Source of the DNA: Camelus dromedarius
Taxonomy: Eukaryota
DNA length: 64,000 bases
Direction of reading: 5' to 3'
Assembly (NCBI RefSeq): GCF_036321535.1
Contig: NC_087437.1
Span: forward strand, 88,228,001 to 88,292,000
Each line of letters starts with the position of its first letter. The stretch's first letter is position 1. Positions 49,892 to 63,882 of this stretch are shown here, in pieces. The position numbers and the translations under genes were made by a program. The notes under the pieces were generated by a model that worked only from the letters and a program-made list of their open reading frames with translations, was not told the DNA's origin and did not search any database.

Positions 49892-52800
49892 ATATATACA
49901 AAAGAATCAATAGGGAGGTAACAGAGTAACATAAATTAAAGCCAACAGTTACAGAACAAATTCTGTATTCTTAACAATCATGTGAATTAAGTGGACCATG
50001 ATAAGAGCTTGGAAATCATTATCATGTTAATTTTTGGTTATGATTGGATTTGAGATGTGGTACACAATGTCAAGAATTTATTCTTAATAGAGGGTAGAAT
50101 CTCTTCTACAGAGATCAGTGATAGTGGCTACACATTAACATTGTATTTTTAATTCTCCCTTCCCTCAGAACTAAAAGCAAATTTATCAACTAAGGATAAA
50201 GAAAGTTTACTTGAACTTTGAAGGTATTGAAGGTCTCTCTAAAGCTGGATTTTCAAAAGGAAGGCATTTTTTTCTTGTTCACTGAATCATGAACTATGGT
50301 CCTTTGTTTACATGATTAGAGACATTTGGGGAAAAAAGAGGACAAGTATAGTGACTGCAGCTGTGTGCTTAGTTTTATAAAAGAAAAGTCCCCATTTGTA
50401 TTTTAAATCCCATTCCTTCATAGAGGATATTTGCTATGTGAGTCATTAGGGAACTCTTGCTTAACTAAAAATGAATTCTGATTTTATTATAAATACAGAG
50501 GACTCAGATTTCTATATATATATTTATGCTTTAGAGAAGCCAGTCGTGTATAATATTAAGTAGTGTTAATTCTGTTAGTTAGTGTTAATTCTGAGGTCTT
50601 ATGAGCATTTCTACATTTTTGAAAGAGTTAACTGCAAATAAGCTGTTATCATTTGAAGGGCCTTTCTTTATTCAGTGAAGGTAGATGAGAGTTGTCATGG
50701 GTGTAGGTTGTGCGTATGGAAATGTTTGTATATTTGATGGTAAGAAAATCCAGTAACAACTGGAAAGAAAACCCCACTATAACTTTGAAATGTTTTATTT
50801 TATTTATGTTACTGACTCCTGAGGCCTTATGGAAATAAAGCGAGAGCAAATTGAAGTTATTTGGAAATTCGTTTGCATTTAGAATATAGTCCTTTAAGTC
50901 AGGAATGCCCATTTCTGCTCTGGGAGCATTCTGTTATTAACACACACTTGATAAGCATTTGCTATGTTCCAGGCACTGCTCTCCTCATTGGACAAATGAT
51001 ACACACGACTGCTGGTCGCAGGAAACTTACAGTTTATCAGGGAGAAAATCACTTTAAATAACCACAACAATAATGTAGAGGTATGTGCATTGCTCTGCAA
51101 GACCGCAGAGCAGAGTCCCTCACTCCATCTGAGTGGGGCCAAGCATGGCCAACCGCCTCTTTGCTTTCACATCCTCTGTTTCATTCAAGGCTCACTTCTC
51201 CAGTTGTGCTCTTGTTTCAAGCTCATCTTCTCTCTTCTAGGATCTTTCAAGCAACCTTTGCTGTTCCCTTTCTTATCTGTATTTTCTTATGTTTCTTTTT
51301 AGTTTTCTTTGTCCCTCAGCCTAAACATGCTCATTCTTGTCCTAAATAGAAAAGATAATTGTCATGGGCCACTCCACAACTAATAACTCTTTCTTATTCT
51401 CGGCTTCATCACCACACTTCTCGACATTTCCACCTACAATTGAAGACTTTAATTCCTTTCATTCCACTCACTTTTCCACACCTGTAATTTGTGGGTTTTC
51501 TGGGGTGGGGGGTTGCGGGGGGAAGATTTGAGGATTTTTATTTCCAAACAGCACCCCTCCTCCTCGATTCAAACAGTGATATAAAAGAATAGAAACAAAC
51601 AAAAAAAGGCTATGAGATTAGCAACTAGCTGCCCCCTTAATCACTCTCAAAACAGGATACACAATTGCCGTTCATCCCTAGCTTCTCTTGCTACCCACTC
51701 TGTCTAGGGCTCTGGTCTTCCCTGAAGTCTCCACCCACAGGTGGGAAAGAGGGAGGCAGCCTTGGAGAAGGCTGTGTGTGTGTGGCAGCTTGGTCCTCTG
51801 TGAATGGGTGGGGTGGGGGACATGGGGTAGGCTGCCATCAGCCCTCTCTCTTCCAGCCTTCTTCATGGCCCCCACACCTGTAATTTGGATTTTATCCTGA
51901 CCACTGCAGGAGACTGCCTTGCCCATGGTAGGAAAAGATCCATGTAGATTGTAAGGTAACTGAGAGTATGAACTCTGCCTGCCTCATGCATTGTGTATCT
52001 CAGCACGCACAGCCTCACCTGGCACAAAGTCAGAGCAGTGATAAACATCCGTGAATAAATGAGTGGTATCTTTTTCTTACTTCCTGTGGTATTTTCAACA
52101 TCTTCCTCATTCTCTTCGGGTCATTCTTTCCCCCTCCTTGGTTTCTGATACACCATTCTCTCCGTTCTTATATTACTTTGCTGGGCTTTTCCTGTACTTC
52201 CTTTATTGACTCCTTTTCCTTAAGTTTACTAATATTAGTTTTCTTTCTGAATTTATCTTTTATTATTTTTTGCTTTTCACTTAATGTATTCTCCTATAGC
52301 TATTTATGGTTCTCAAATTTATACTGCTATCAAAAAATCACTTTGAGAATATCCAGTGCGTACTTGACACGTCTCTTTATATTTCCTCCATTCACTTCAA
52401 AATTGACATGGCTGAATCATTGAAAAATGATTATACCTCCAGAATTTCCTGTCTAATAAAAAAGAATGTATCCAAAACTCAGAAACCTAGTGCTAACTGT
52501 ATAATAATCCTCTTCTCTCCTGACCTCTCTGCCCACGCGGAAAATCACTAAGTCTTATGGGTTCTATCTTACTATGTCTAACTTCTGGCTCTTGAATCTG
52601 TCATTACTGCTAAAGGCCTTCAGAGCCCTCGCGTGGCTACCAAAGTAGGTTTTTAAGAATCCCTCAACCTCAGTTGTGTGTTTTTTAAAATTCTTTCTAA
52701 GCCTATGTCTTGAATGGTCTTTCTGAAGTATAACACTGGTAATACTACAACTCTACCTAAAATGTTTCCATGGCTCCTTTAGGATGCAGTATCAGAAAAT

Positions 52801-52899
52801 TTAACACTACCTGTGTCTAACACAAATTGACTCGATCATCTCATTAAAGTACAGGGTGAGCCTCATGCATTTTTCGTGCTTTTCTTCTGACTTTCCCTA

Positions 52900-53260
52900 C
52901 TACTCTATTAGCTTCATTCTTAGGTGACGGTTCAGCTGCAAATGGACAAGGAGTTTCCTTCCTCAGAAGAAGGACACTTCCAGTCAATTCCCACAACCAT
53001 ATAAAAGAGGCCTTTAGCTTCAGCTGATTGGGGCTTCTTTGAATAAAATCCCTTTGGATAGGGAATCACAGTGCATTGACCCCTTCAGGCCTTTGTTAGT
53101 GTCTTGCCCAGAACCAATCACTGTGGCAAGGAGAGTGGGATTACCTCGACGGTTGAGATCAATCCTGGTCCACCCTGAACTTGGAGTGACGTGATCCCAC
53201 TCACATAGCTGCCAAAGAATGGGGTTTGGGGTGGCGGGTGCAGGACAATCACTGTTCCCC
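52900..53260. mobile_element. Old MaLR LTR fragment (MLT1K/L-like)
   Basis: attagcttcattcttagg and gaaccaatcactgtggcaagg motifs. Confidence 0.5.
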
Positions 53261-55918
53261 TCATAGAAGCCATAGGTCTTCAATAAAGTGAATTCTGCCA
53301 GCCTATCCATTTTTTCCTCTTGTGGAATCCTTGTGTGCACTGTGGTTTTATGCACACTGATCTGCTTGCCATTCTGTGAGCACATCAGTCTGCCTGTGCA
53401 TCCATACCTGTCCTCACCTGCTCTTGCTGCACGAAAAGCAAATCCCTAGTCCCCAGTTTCAAAGTAGGTGGAGACATCACCTCTATGAAGCTATCTGTGG
53501 TGCCTCATTCCCTAGGGAGAATTTATTAACCCCTGTGGACTTCTTCTGCCTTCCCTTTCACCACACACCCGCCATACTGTATGGCATTTATTTATGTTTT
53601 ACATGTTTAAATTTCAAGCCTTTGGGAGCAGGGAAGTGTTCTCAGTGGCCTTGTAATCCTTAATACTAATTCAGTGTCTGGCATCATAGCAGGTGAGGCT
53701 CATTAGCGTCAAGGACAAGAAATGCTACTTACAACACCTTAGGCATAAGCATATTTCAGAGGGGAATATGTTTTCCAGTGAAAAGTTTTCAAGTTTTCAG
53801 TTTCAAATGTATAGTCAAAATCTGGAAGAAAAGAACTGCTTTCAGGTGAGGCAGCACTGAGAAAAAAATCTGAACTATTTTGGCAAATAAAGACATAAAG
53901 CATTGTAAAAAAGATGGAATCTTGGAATGGATGGTTAGGAAAGTTCTGATTTCTCACTCTCAGTTTCTTGATTGTTTGGGGGAAACCTTGGTAAATGTTC
54001 CAGACCCACGCTGGCAGCCAACTTTTCAGCAAGTGGACTGTGCAGCAGATGATTCTCACTTGTAAGAATAAATAAATATCTTGCCTCAATTTCTGCTGGG
54101 AACCAAAATCTTAAGATTCTCCTTGTCTAAAAGCCATAATCTCTCTTGCCCTCAATATCAAATAAATCATTAGATCCTATTGATTCCTCCCTGGAAATGT
54201 CTCTCATGTTTGTATTGGACAAACAAAGCTCTATGAAGGAATAGTGAAGACAATAAGCAGTTGTCCTGCAGAGAAAGTAAGTTATGAAAGGGGAGACGGT
54301 TTCAGAAATGTCTTCAGAGCCACAAGTAAACGAAGAAGCCAGGACTGTGAGGCAGTGGTTAGAGTTTAATGGAAGAAATGTAATAAATGCCTTATCAATA
54401 ACTCCCGCAATTCACTGAAACCCTTCCACTATTTATATTAAGAGAATGATGTTTTAGAATATTTCCTAGTGGAAGCAGTATATTCATTTTCCAGGGTATT
54501 TAAGAAGTTTGGAACAACAGGAGGTATGGAGCACTTCCTTAAAATTCTTACTGATGTCTTATTCCTTACTGAAATGCAGGTTTTATGCAAAACAGATAAA
54601 ACCACCACTATCAACTCAATTGGCATATAGAATCACTCCCCAATGGCCTTTGGTCAGCGCTCACATATAAAAACAAAGAAGATAAAGTGTTAGTCGGTTC
54701 TTTTTAAAATGCTTTTGATTACATGCCTGCTTTGTTATTTTACGTGGACATTTTTCAGCAGAATGATAAGAAAAAACCTTGAGTTTCTGGAATTAAATCA
54801 GGTGTTATTTGCAGGTATAAAGAAAGAGTGGGAAAATAATTTTACTACTTTGCCTAAGATGAGGAAATAGTTCTATTTCATACTGTTGGGGATCTGGGGA
54901 GACACAATTCCAGTTCTCAATAAAGAAGACCAAATAAACTACTAAAATAGATGATTCCTTCATTGACTCTACCTGAGGACAATGTGAGCGAAAAAATGCC
55001 TTGAACTCTGCAAAAAACATGCTAGCATAAATGGAGGCTATTAATGAGCACCTATCTTGCCTCAAATTATACTGAGTATTTTCAACATTTAAATTTTCTG
55101 CCTAAAAACAAGCTCGCCTTGTGCTGATAGGACAATCTCCATGCAGGGAGCATCATTCAAAACATTTTCTCTCCTCTTTGCCAAGTCCATTTCCCTTTAA
55201 CATTTCAAAGCTCACTCTTATCAACACACCCTCGAAATAGGAGTTAAAGCACACTTTAGGTCACTGTGATCTGCAAAAGGTTTTGTCATCCTGAATAGTC
55301 TTTCAAATCTCACACTCATAGCAATCATATATTTTGTTTTAAGAAACATGATTATCTGCTTCTGAATGAATCTGAATAATAAATAAGTAAACAATGAGAT
55401 AATGGGCTCAAATGATGTAGCACACAGTATACAATTTTTTTTTCCTTCCAAAGCTCCAACACAGCCCCTAGACACTAATTTCATTCCTTGGCTGTGTATC
55501 TGAAAATAACCGCCAGAATATACTTCATGTTTGGAAGAATTAATTTGTGAAAATTTGTGCATGGGACCAGAGCTGGCAGTGAGCTGGAATAATGCTCAGA
55601 GCACATTCACTTCACAGACAGGGACCTAACACCTTTCAGAATCTCATACAATCCTGATATCTTAGTCTGGCAACTAAAATCCCATTGCTTCCTGTATATA
55701 CTGAAAATACCTAGGTTAATGTCTAATGATGATGTAAAATGTGAATTGTTTCTATAAATAAATTTAATAATATAAGAAGTCTTACTGAAGATATGTTTAG
55801 ATAGAGCCTTTCACCAAGGATAAAGAAATTCCATCTTAATTAATTTGCACTTGAAAGGAAAAATAAAGTTTGACCAACTACTTTTCTTTCTATTTTTTTA
55901 AAGTTTGTTTCTCAGATT

Positions 55919-56067
55919 AAAAAAAAAAGGATTTTATTTATTTATCATTGTATTATTTTGGCAGGGGTGGGGGAGGTAATTAGGTTTGTTTATTTTTAGA
56001 GGAGGTAATTGAACCCAGGACCTCAGGCATGCATGAGCTGTATCATTTGAGCTATACCCTTCCCCTG
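55919..56067 (-). mobile_element. tRNA-derived SINE (camelid Vic-1-like) with 13-bp TSD
   Basis: TSD tgtttctcagatt at 55906-55918 and 56068-56080. Body ggggaggtaattaggtttg...attgaacccaggacctc...gagctatacccttcccc. Confidence 0.9.
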
Positions 56068-56949
56068 TGTTTCTCAGATTTTGGAAGAGTGTTGCCCACA
56101 TATCTGAAGCTCTAAATCTAAAAATCATGAGGTGTGAATATTTTAGGACTATTCAGTATTTATAGTGCATTATGATACTCTATGACCATAATAGTAATCC
56201 TAATTTATCAATAAATGGCTAAACGTATTTCGAGTACTTTTTTAAAGAAGGTGAGACTATATATAATGCATTTTTAAAAGATGGCACTTTAGAATTCTTT
56301 AAAATAGATTCAATGCTTTTAAAAAGATACTTTAGTAATCTCACACCGTGTTCAAAAAAACATTTATTTTCTTAGAAATTTGTAGTGCAATAATGATCAT
56401 TTAGTTCAAATCCTTAATTTTTTTTTTTTGAGTCCAGGAGTGTAAGTAATTTGCTTAAGCTTACACTGATAAAGAGTGATGGGACTTCAATTTGTATCTA
56501 GATTTGACGGATTCCAAAGTCTTATTTATTTTCAGCACATTACATAATACAGGCAAGATTTTTTTCCCTTTAAGAAAATCAGTAGCTTAAAGTCTCAAAT
56601 AATAAATGACTAAAGAAAAATAATGAAAAAATTCAATTGTACCATTGAAGATTTTAAATGAAGCAAAGAAAAGAAAGGAACCTTCATTTATTTGAGCCAG
56701 TAAATGTGCCATAAAAATTTATGTATATTGCCAATTTTGGTAATATAATCCACATTTTCAGAGATAAAAAAACAATCCAAAAGATTGAAGTGGACTGATT
56801 TTCTCAAGGTCATTCCATTCTTAAGTGGCACATCTGGAATATGAACTCATGTCTTTCAGAGAGACTAGCTGATTGCCAAGCTTATATTCATGAAAGAACC
56901 CACTCAGTGGTGACTGGTATTAGAGCTTGCTGTCTGGTTATGAGGAGGT

Positions 56950-59790
56950 ATGAACAACTCCACATGCAGCAAGTTAATCTTATAAATCTCTATCATCTTT
57001 TCTAAAGGAATGACTCTCATTGGAGGTAAAACTGCCCACTTAGTACTCATGAATCATGAGCAGATACCCCTCTGGGAAGCTCCCCCAAGGTACTGATGGT
57101 AGCCATTTTGAAGAGATCTCCACAGCCATTGTCTTAGGGCTACATCCCTTACAGATTGTGTTCCCTTAAAGCTTGAAGGAAAGAGGAAAGTTAATGATGG
57201 CTTCTGCATAAGAAGCATCACGGGGATAGGGTAAAGTAATCTTGGAAAGAAATTGTTTACAATTGTAAGAATCCCCCAAGTGGGACCCACATTCATCAGG
57301 AGACACAAGTCAACAGTGTCTCCTACACCATCTCCCAGCCATCTGGTGTAGTTCCCAGTTCATTCTGAAGAGTTGAGCCTAATCCTTGCTTTTGGAGAGA
57401 CTGCCTACAGGCAATTTGGCTGATCTGTTTGGTTCTTGCATGCCACCCGCTGGGGGATATTTGTCTGTCCTATGGAGCATTAGAGCAACAGCTATAAGAA
57501 TAAGGGTGAAAAAGACATCTAGAAGTATTGACACGTGTTTTATGAGGGAGATGTGGGATATGGGGTCTTTCCCTGCTATTTTGAATTGACTTCCTGGATG
57601 GTTTCGGGGAATGGTGATCAAAGCACTGTCAAAGCCCTCTGGTAGGGATAGGAAACCCCGCAGTCAGTTAAAATCCACAGAGAAGCTATCCAGGGCAATT
57701 TTGAAATGTAAAAGATCACTAAGCTCCCTCCCTCTCTCACATCTCCTGGGTTTAAGATGTTCCCTCCTAAAGGTGCCACGGTTGTCATGCTCTCTCCATG
57801 GCTGTAAAATCTGTAGGTCCTATTACAGTAGTGATAATGTCACTGTTTTTCAACCATTGTCTATTGTCATCTAAACCTTTCATCCAGAAGGATCTGGTGT
57901 GAGAAGGATAGGACATTCTTATAAAAGCTTCAGAAACCCAGCATATCCCCTATTGGAGTCATGTGGGTTAATGTAAGGGGTTTGTTGCATAGTGCACTCA
58001 ACCAAAGAGTCCTTGTTATTAAGTTAAAAAACTATGTACATTCAATGAGAAAATCCAGGTGTCTGGGCCAGACAGAATTCATTTGAATCCTCTGAGTCCA
58101 CTTTCGGTTCAGCTGCCACTTAGAGAATGTACTAACTCATCCAGCCTGAGGTTGCTGTTAAGGGAAAGAAGAAAACATAATGCTCAGGACTGGTCAGGTT
58201 GGAATCTCAAACTTTCAAAATAGGTCTACATATCCCCCCAACCACTTCCATCCTGACCATTAGATGCTCCTTTAATGACCAAACTACCTTAAGTATGTGG
58301 ACTAGAAGGAAATGAGGGAAGTAGACTCAGAAATCTTTTTGAGCTGGTTTTCAGGAGGCCTTTCCAATGCTCAAGAATACTGGATGCCTGGAGATGGTAG
58401 GCAGTGTGGAAAATCCACCGGATACCTATCAGGGCATTGTGCACACTGTCCAGTGAGTTTAGTGATGCAAGGAGCACCACTGTCAGACTGCAAATGGTCC
58501 AGAAAGTCAGACACATAATAGAGGTTAATTTTAAGGGTCACAATGGTGTGACTGGAGGCCTTTGTCTGGATTGGGACAGAAATTCCATAACCTGAACTGT
58601 GCTGACAGCAGTGAGGCACCATTAGTAGCCTCAATAAGGGGATTAGGGAGCTAATGTAATCAATCTGAAAGTATTGGGTGGAGGCCAAGTCCGAAGCAAT
58701 CTGATCCCTCCTACCTCAAGACAACAGGTTTACTTTTGGCAAGAATCTGGCATGTGGTGGTAGCCCCTTCATCAGAAACAGAATGCTTTCCCTTGTGCCC
58801 AGGATATGATGGTGGATGGATTGCCATATCCCATATACAGTAATGAATCTATGCAGTGATTGTGATAATCTGGGCAGTGTGGGCTCAATCAGCAGTATGA
58901 TTCCAGCTGGCCTCATCAGAGAATGAATCCTCATCATGGCCACCTGTAGAAGTGGGCCAGATAGCTTGGTTCACAGCCTCATTTCCACACTTCATGGCCC
59001 CAAATAAAGGTGCATTTAATCTGACCGTCCATAGTTTACCATGTGGCTGACCACACCTCTGTGCCTTTTGCAACAGCTCAAAAGTCAGTGAAAATATAAC
59101 AAAGTTCATCAAGGGGAGTATTTGAGTTAGAGAACAGTTTGAGATCTGCCCACATTATAGAATAAACACAGTCCTTTTCAGTTTGGCCCAGCTGGTCCAA
59201 GGCTGGGCCTGCAGAGCCCTGTGCACACCATCAGGTTTCAGTTTAGCAGAGCTGGGCATTGTGGGGAATCTCAGTGACATGAGAAGTCACTGAGCAGGCA
59301 GCGTTTCTTCAGGCAGTGGAGTGGGGAATGAAGTGTCCCTTGCAGATACAGCTGCCAGTCTCTCATGTAAGCTAAGATGTTGCTGGGGCCAAATGAATAT
59401 GCCATTTCTACTTGACAAGTGAGGCTTGTTGAGCATGCTTTATCTTGTTAGTTGTGGACACTGAATTGACTCTAAAATAGGCATGTTATTTCAGAGACTC
59501 ACAGGGCCCTTCTGATAAGGTGTTTGGTTTCAAATAAAGCCCAACAGTATGCTAATAGCTGTTTATCAGAAATGCTGTATTGAGCAGCTGTGTGGGCAAC
59601 AGGGATTCCAAAGCCTTAAGAGGGACTTCTGAGGCGTGACTACCTCCCATTGCTGGGGATTTTGATAGGCAAAATTATCAGTCATAGAAATTTGTAGCTC
59701 AAGAAGGTCATTAGGATTGTCAGACCTAAAGGTAAAGAACGTCTTATAATTTGCTGGAAAATTTCTAATGGGACTTTTGATTAGGATGCA
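56950..59790 (-). mobile_element. Degraded class III (ERVL-like) endogenous retrovirus internal region: pol tether/RNase H/integrase plus downstream sequence
   Basis: Minus-strand remnants YSISDKQLLAYCWALFETKHL (~59510-59580), FQIDYIS...SGYGISVP...LQSDSG (58371-58688) and IRWIFHTAYHLQASSILEHWKGLLK (58289-58516) resemble ERVL pol/integrase motifs. Many stops and frameshifts. Confidence 0.82.
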
Positions 59791-60005
59791 ACTCAAAACG
59801 AGCTGATTTGTAGGTCAGTCAACGGGATCAAGTAGGAATTTGAAGTGGGGCATAAACTGCCCCAATACTGAAAGAGTCCAGGAATATGTTGGGGCCTGTC
59901 TTTGGTGATGGGGTGCCAAAGATAGCTGATCTGAACTGCTGAAGGAATTAATGGCTGTGAATCTGCAACCTAGTTCCAAGGCCCAGAACTTTATCAGGGC
60001 TTATC

Positions 60006-60024
60006 GGCCACCCCTGGTGGCAGA
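60006..60024 (-). promoter_or_regulatory. Candidate CTCF site
   Basis: Minus strand tgccaccaggggtggcc is close to the CTCF core CCACCAGGGGGCGC. Confidence 0.4.
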
Positions 60025-60579
60025 GGTGTAATAGACCTGATAGTTACCCCAGGTAAGTGAGTACTCACGCCTCTCACGCTGTCTGCGTGTGTGCCTGTGT
60101 GTGTCCTCAGATTTTGGGCCGGTTGATTGCTAGGTGACTTCAGTTCTATGACAGATTTAAAAAAATTCATGAATGTGAAGTTAGCCAGCAATTTTTCTAT
60201 TGTTAAGCATGAGAACTATTTCTTCCCGCTCTCTGCATTCCCGAGTAGAAAAAAATAAATCATTAGAAGTAGCTGTTGAGGAAGAAGCTACGGAGAAAAA
60301 ATAACTGTCTCAAGCATTTCATGAGCTAATTTATTTTAAAAATGTTTCAAATTTTTCTTTCATTATTTTGAACATGAACTTATGACTCTGTTCTACTCAA
60401 TGAATATAATCTTTCCCTTTATCTCCCACCTCTATTCTTCAATGCCACCCTTACACCCCTAAACCTGTTGACTCCCACAGCTGTTCTAGGTTTATGTCCT
60501 CTTTCTCCCCATCCTGAAGTATGAATTATATTATTACTAGTTTACATTTGTAGATGATATTGCAAGTCCACTTTAAATT

Positions 60580-63500
60580 TTTTTAATTGAAGTATAACTG
60601 ACTTACAATATTATATCAGTTTTAGGTGTACTACATAGTGATTCAATATTTTAATACATTACTAGATGATCACAATGTCTAGTTACCATCTGTCACCATA
60701 CACAGGTATTATAATATTATTGATTATATCCCCTGTAATGTATACTGTAATGCTATACATGACATTCTTGTGACATATTTAAGTTGTAATTGGGAATGTA
60801 TACCTTTTAGTCGCCATCCCTATATTACACATACCTCTACCCCTTTCTCTCTGGCAACCACCAGGTTGTTCTCTGTATTTATGAGTCTCTTTATGTTTTG
60901 TTATGTTTGTTTGTTTTGTTTTAAAATTGTACACATAAGTAAAATCATATGGTATTTGTCTTTCTCTGTTTGACTTATTTCACATAGTGTAATACCTTCT
61001 AGGTCAACTCAGGTTGTCACAAATGACCAGACTTCATTCTTTTTAATGGCTGAGTAATCTTCCATTATTTATATATTCTGATATTAACATATATATGAAT
61101 AATATATATATGCCACTTCTTTTTTTTTACCTATTCATCTATCAATGGACACTTAGGCTGCTTCCAAATCTTAGCTGTTGTAAATAGTGCTGCGATGAAC
61201 ATAGAGGTGCATCTATCTTTTCAAATTAGTGTTCTCATATTTTTTCAGATAGATATCCAGAAATGGAATTGCTGGGTCATATGGTTGTTCTAATTTTAAG
61301 TTTTTGAGGAATCTCCATCCTGTTTTCCACAGTGGTTGTACCAATTTACATTTCCACCAACAATGCACGAAGGTTTCCTTTTTTCCACATCCTCAATAAA
61401 ACTTACTCATTGTCTTTTTGACAATAGTTATTCTGACAGGTTTGTGGTGATATCTCATTGTGGTTTTGATTTGCATTTCCCTGATGATTAGTGATGTTGA
61501 GCATCTTTTCATGTGACTATTGGCCAGCTATATGTCTTTGAAAAAGTGCCTATTCAGGTTCTCTGTTTGTTTTTGAATCAGATTGTTTGCTTTTTTGATG
61601 CTGAGTTATGTGAGTCCTTTATATATTTTGAATACTAACCCCTTATCAGACATATCATTTGCCAGTATTTTTTCCCATTCAGTAAGTTGCCTCTTCGTTT
61701 TGTCGATGGTTTCTTTCACTGTGCAACAGTTTTTTAGTTTGGTATAGTTCCATATGTTTATTTTTGCCCTTGCCTGAGGAAACAGATCCAAAAAAATGCA
61801 GCTAAAACAAATGCCAAAGAGAATAGTGCCTGTTTTTCTTCTAGCAGTTTTACGGTTTCAGATGTTACATTTAAGTGTTTTATCCATCTTGAGTTTATTT
61901 TTGTATATGATGTAAGAAAGTTTCATTATTTTGCATGTAGCTGTTCACTTTTCCCAATACCATTTTTTGAAAAGACTGTTTTTTCTCCACTGTATAGTCT
62001 TGCCTTCTTTATTGTAGACTAATTGTATTAGCATAGGTTTATTTCTGGGCTTTCTGTTCTGTTCCACTGATCTGTATCTGTTTTTGTGCCAGTACCACAC
62101 TTTTTGATTACCATAGATTTGTAGTATAATTTGAAATCAGGAAGCATGATACTTCCAACTTTGTTCTTCTTCCTCAGGATTGTTTTGGCTATTTAAGGCC
62201 ATTTGTGGTTCCATACAAATTTTAGGATCTAGTTCTGTGAAAAATGCCATGGGTATTTTGATAAAGATTGCATTGCATTGAATCTGTGGATTGCTTTGAG
62301 TAGTATGGACATTTTAACAATGTTAATTCTTCCAATCCTTGAACATAGTGTATCTTTCTATTTATTTGTGTCTTTTTCAATTCCTTTCATCAATATCTTA
62401 TAGTTTTCAGAATACAGGTCTTTCACCTCATTGGTTAAATTTATTCCTAAGTATTTTATTCTGTTTGATGCAATTACAAATGGGACTGTTTTCTAATTTC
62501 TCTTTCTGATAGCTTGTTTTTAATGTATAGAAAAGCAACAGATTTCTGTATATTAATCTTGTATCTTGCAACTTTGCTGAATTCACTTATTAGTTCTAAT
62601 AGTATTTTTGGTAGAGTATTTAGAGTTTTGTACCTATAATATCATGTCACTTGCAAATAGTGACACTTTTACTTCTTTTTTTCCCTATTTGGATGACTTT
62701 CTTTTATCTCTTTTTCTTATCTGATTGCTATGGCTAGAACTTCCAATACTGTGTTGAACAAAAGTGGCAGGAGTGGGCTTCCATTTTTTGTTCCTGATCT
62801 TAGAGGAAAAGTTTTCAGTTTTTCACCATTGAGTATATGTTAGCTATGGGTTTATCATATATGGCCTTTATTATATTGAAGTGTTTTCCCTTTATACCCA
62901 CTTTATTGAGAGTTCTTTTTAAATCATAAATGGATGTTGAATTTTCTCAAATTCTTTTTCTGCATCTATTGAGATGATGATGTGATTTTTATTCTGCAGT
63001 TTGTTAATATGATATCTCATATTGATTCATTTCTAGATATCAAAACATCCTTGCATCCCTGGAATAAATCACACTTGATCATGATGCATGACCCTTTTAA
63101 TGTATTGTTGAATTTGGTTTACCACTATTTTGCTGAGGATTTTTACATCTATGTTCATCAGGGATATTGGCTTGTAATTATCTTTCTTTTTAAAATAGTA
63201 TCTTTGTCTGGTTTGGTATCAGGGTAATGTTGGCCTTGTAGAATGAATTTGGAAGTGTTCCTGCATCTTAAACATTTGGATATAATTTAAGAAGGATATG
63301 TATTAAATCTCCTTTAAATGTTTGGTAGAATTCTTCAGTGAAGCCACCAGGACCTTGTTTGTTAGGAGATTTTTAATTACTGATTCATTACTAGTAATCA
63401 GTCTGTTCAGATTTTCTATTTATTCCTGAATCAGTCTTCGAAAATTGTATGTTTCTGAGAATTACCCACTTTTTTAGGTTGTCCAATTTATTGGCATGTA

Positions 63501-63882
63501 ATTGTTTATAGTAGTCTCTTATTATCCTTTGTATTTCTGTGGTATTGGTTCTAGCTTCTCTTTCATTTCTGATTTTATTTATTTGGGCTCTATCTTTTTT
63601 CCTTGATGAATCTGGCTAAAGGTTTATCTATTTTGTTCATCTTTTCAAAGAACCAGATCTTAGTTTCATTGATCTTTTCTATTAAATATTAACAGACACT
63701 GGATCTCCCTCTCTCCACCCATCCCTCTGTGGTCCTTCCGTTGTTTGCTGTGCAGAAGCTGTTAAATCAGCCCTCAGCTCTTCCTCAGAAGGAACTGCTG
63801 GATATGTACGTGTAGATCTATGTATCCGTGGGAGGAGGTGAGTTCCGAGTTTTCTTATACCACTATCTTGGACCCCTCTTTT
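60580..63882 (-). mobile_element. LINE-1 with 5'UTR head fused to the 3' portion of ORF2
   Basis: Antisense 3'UTR from ~60580, ORF2 up to ~63683 ([13 protein letters not shown]), and an L1 5' terminus at ~63698-63882. Flanks cactttaaatt (60569-60579) and cacttttaaatt (63883-63894). Confidence 0.92.
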
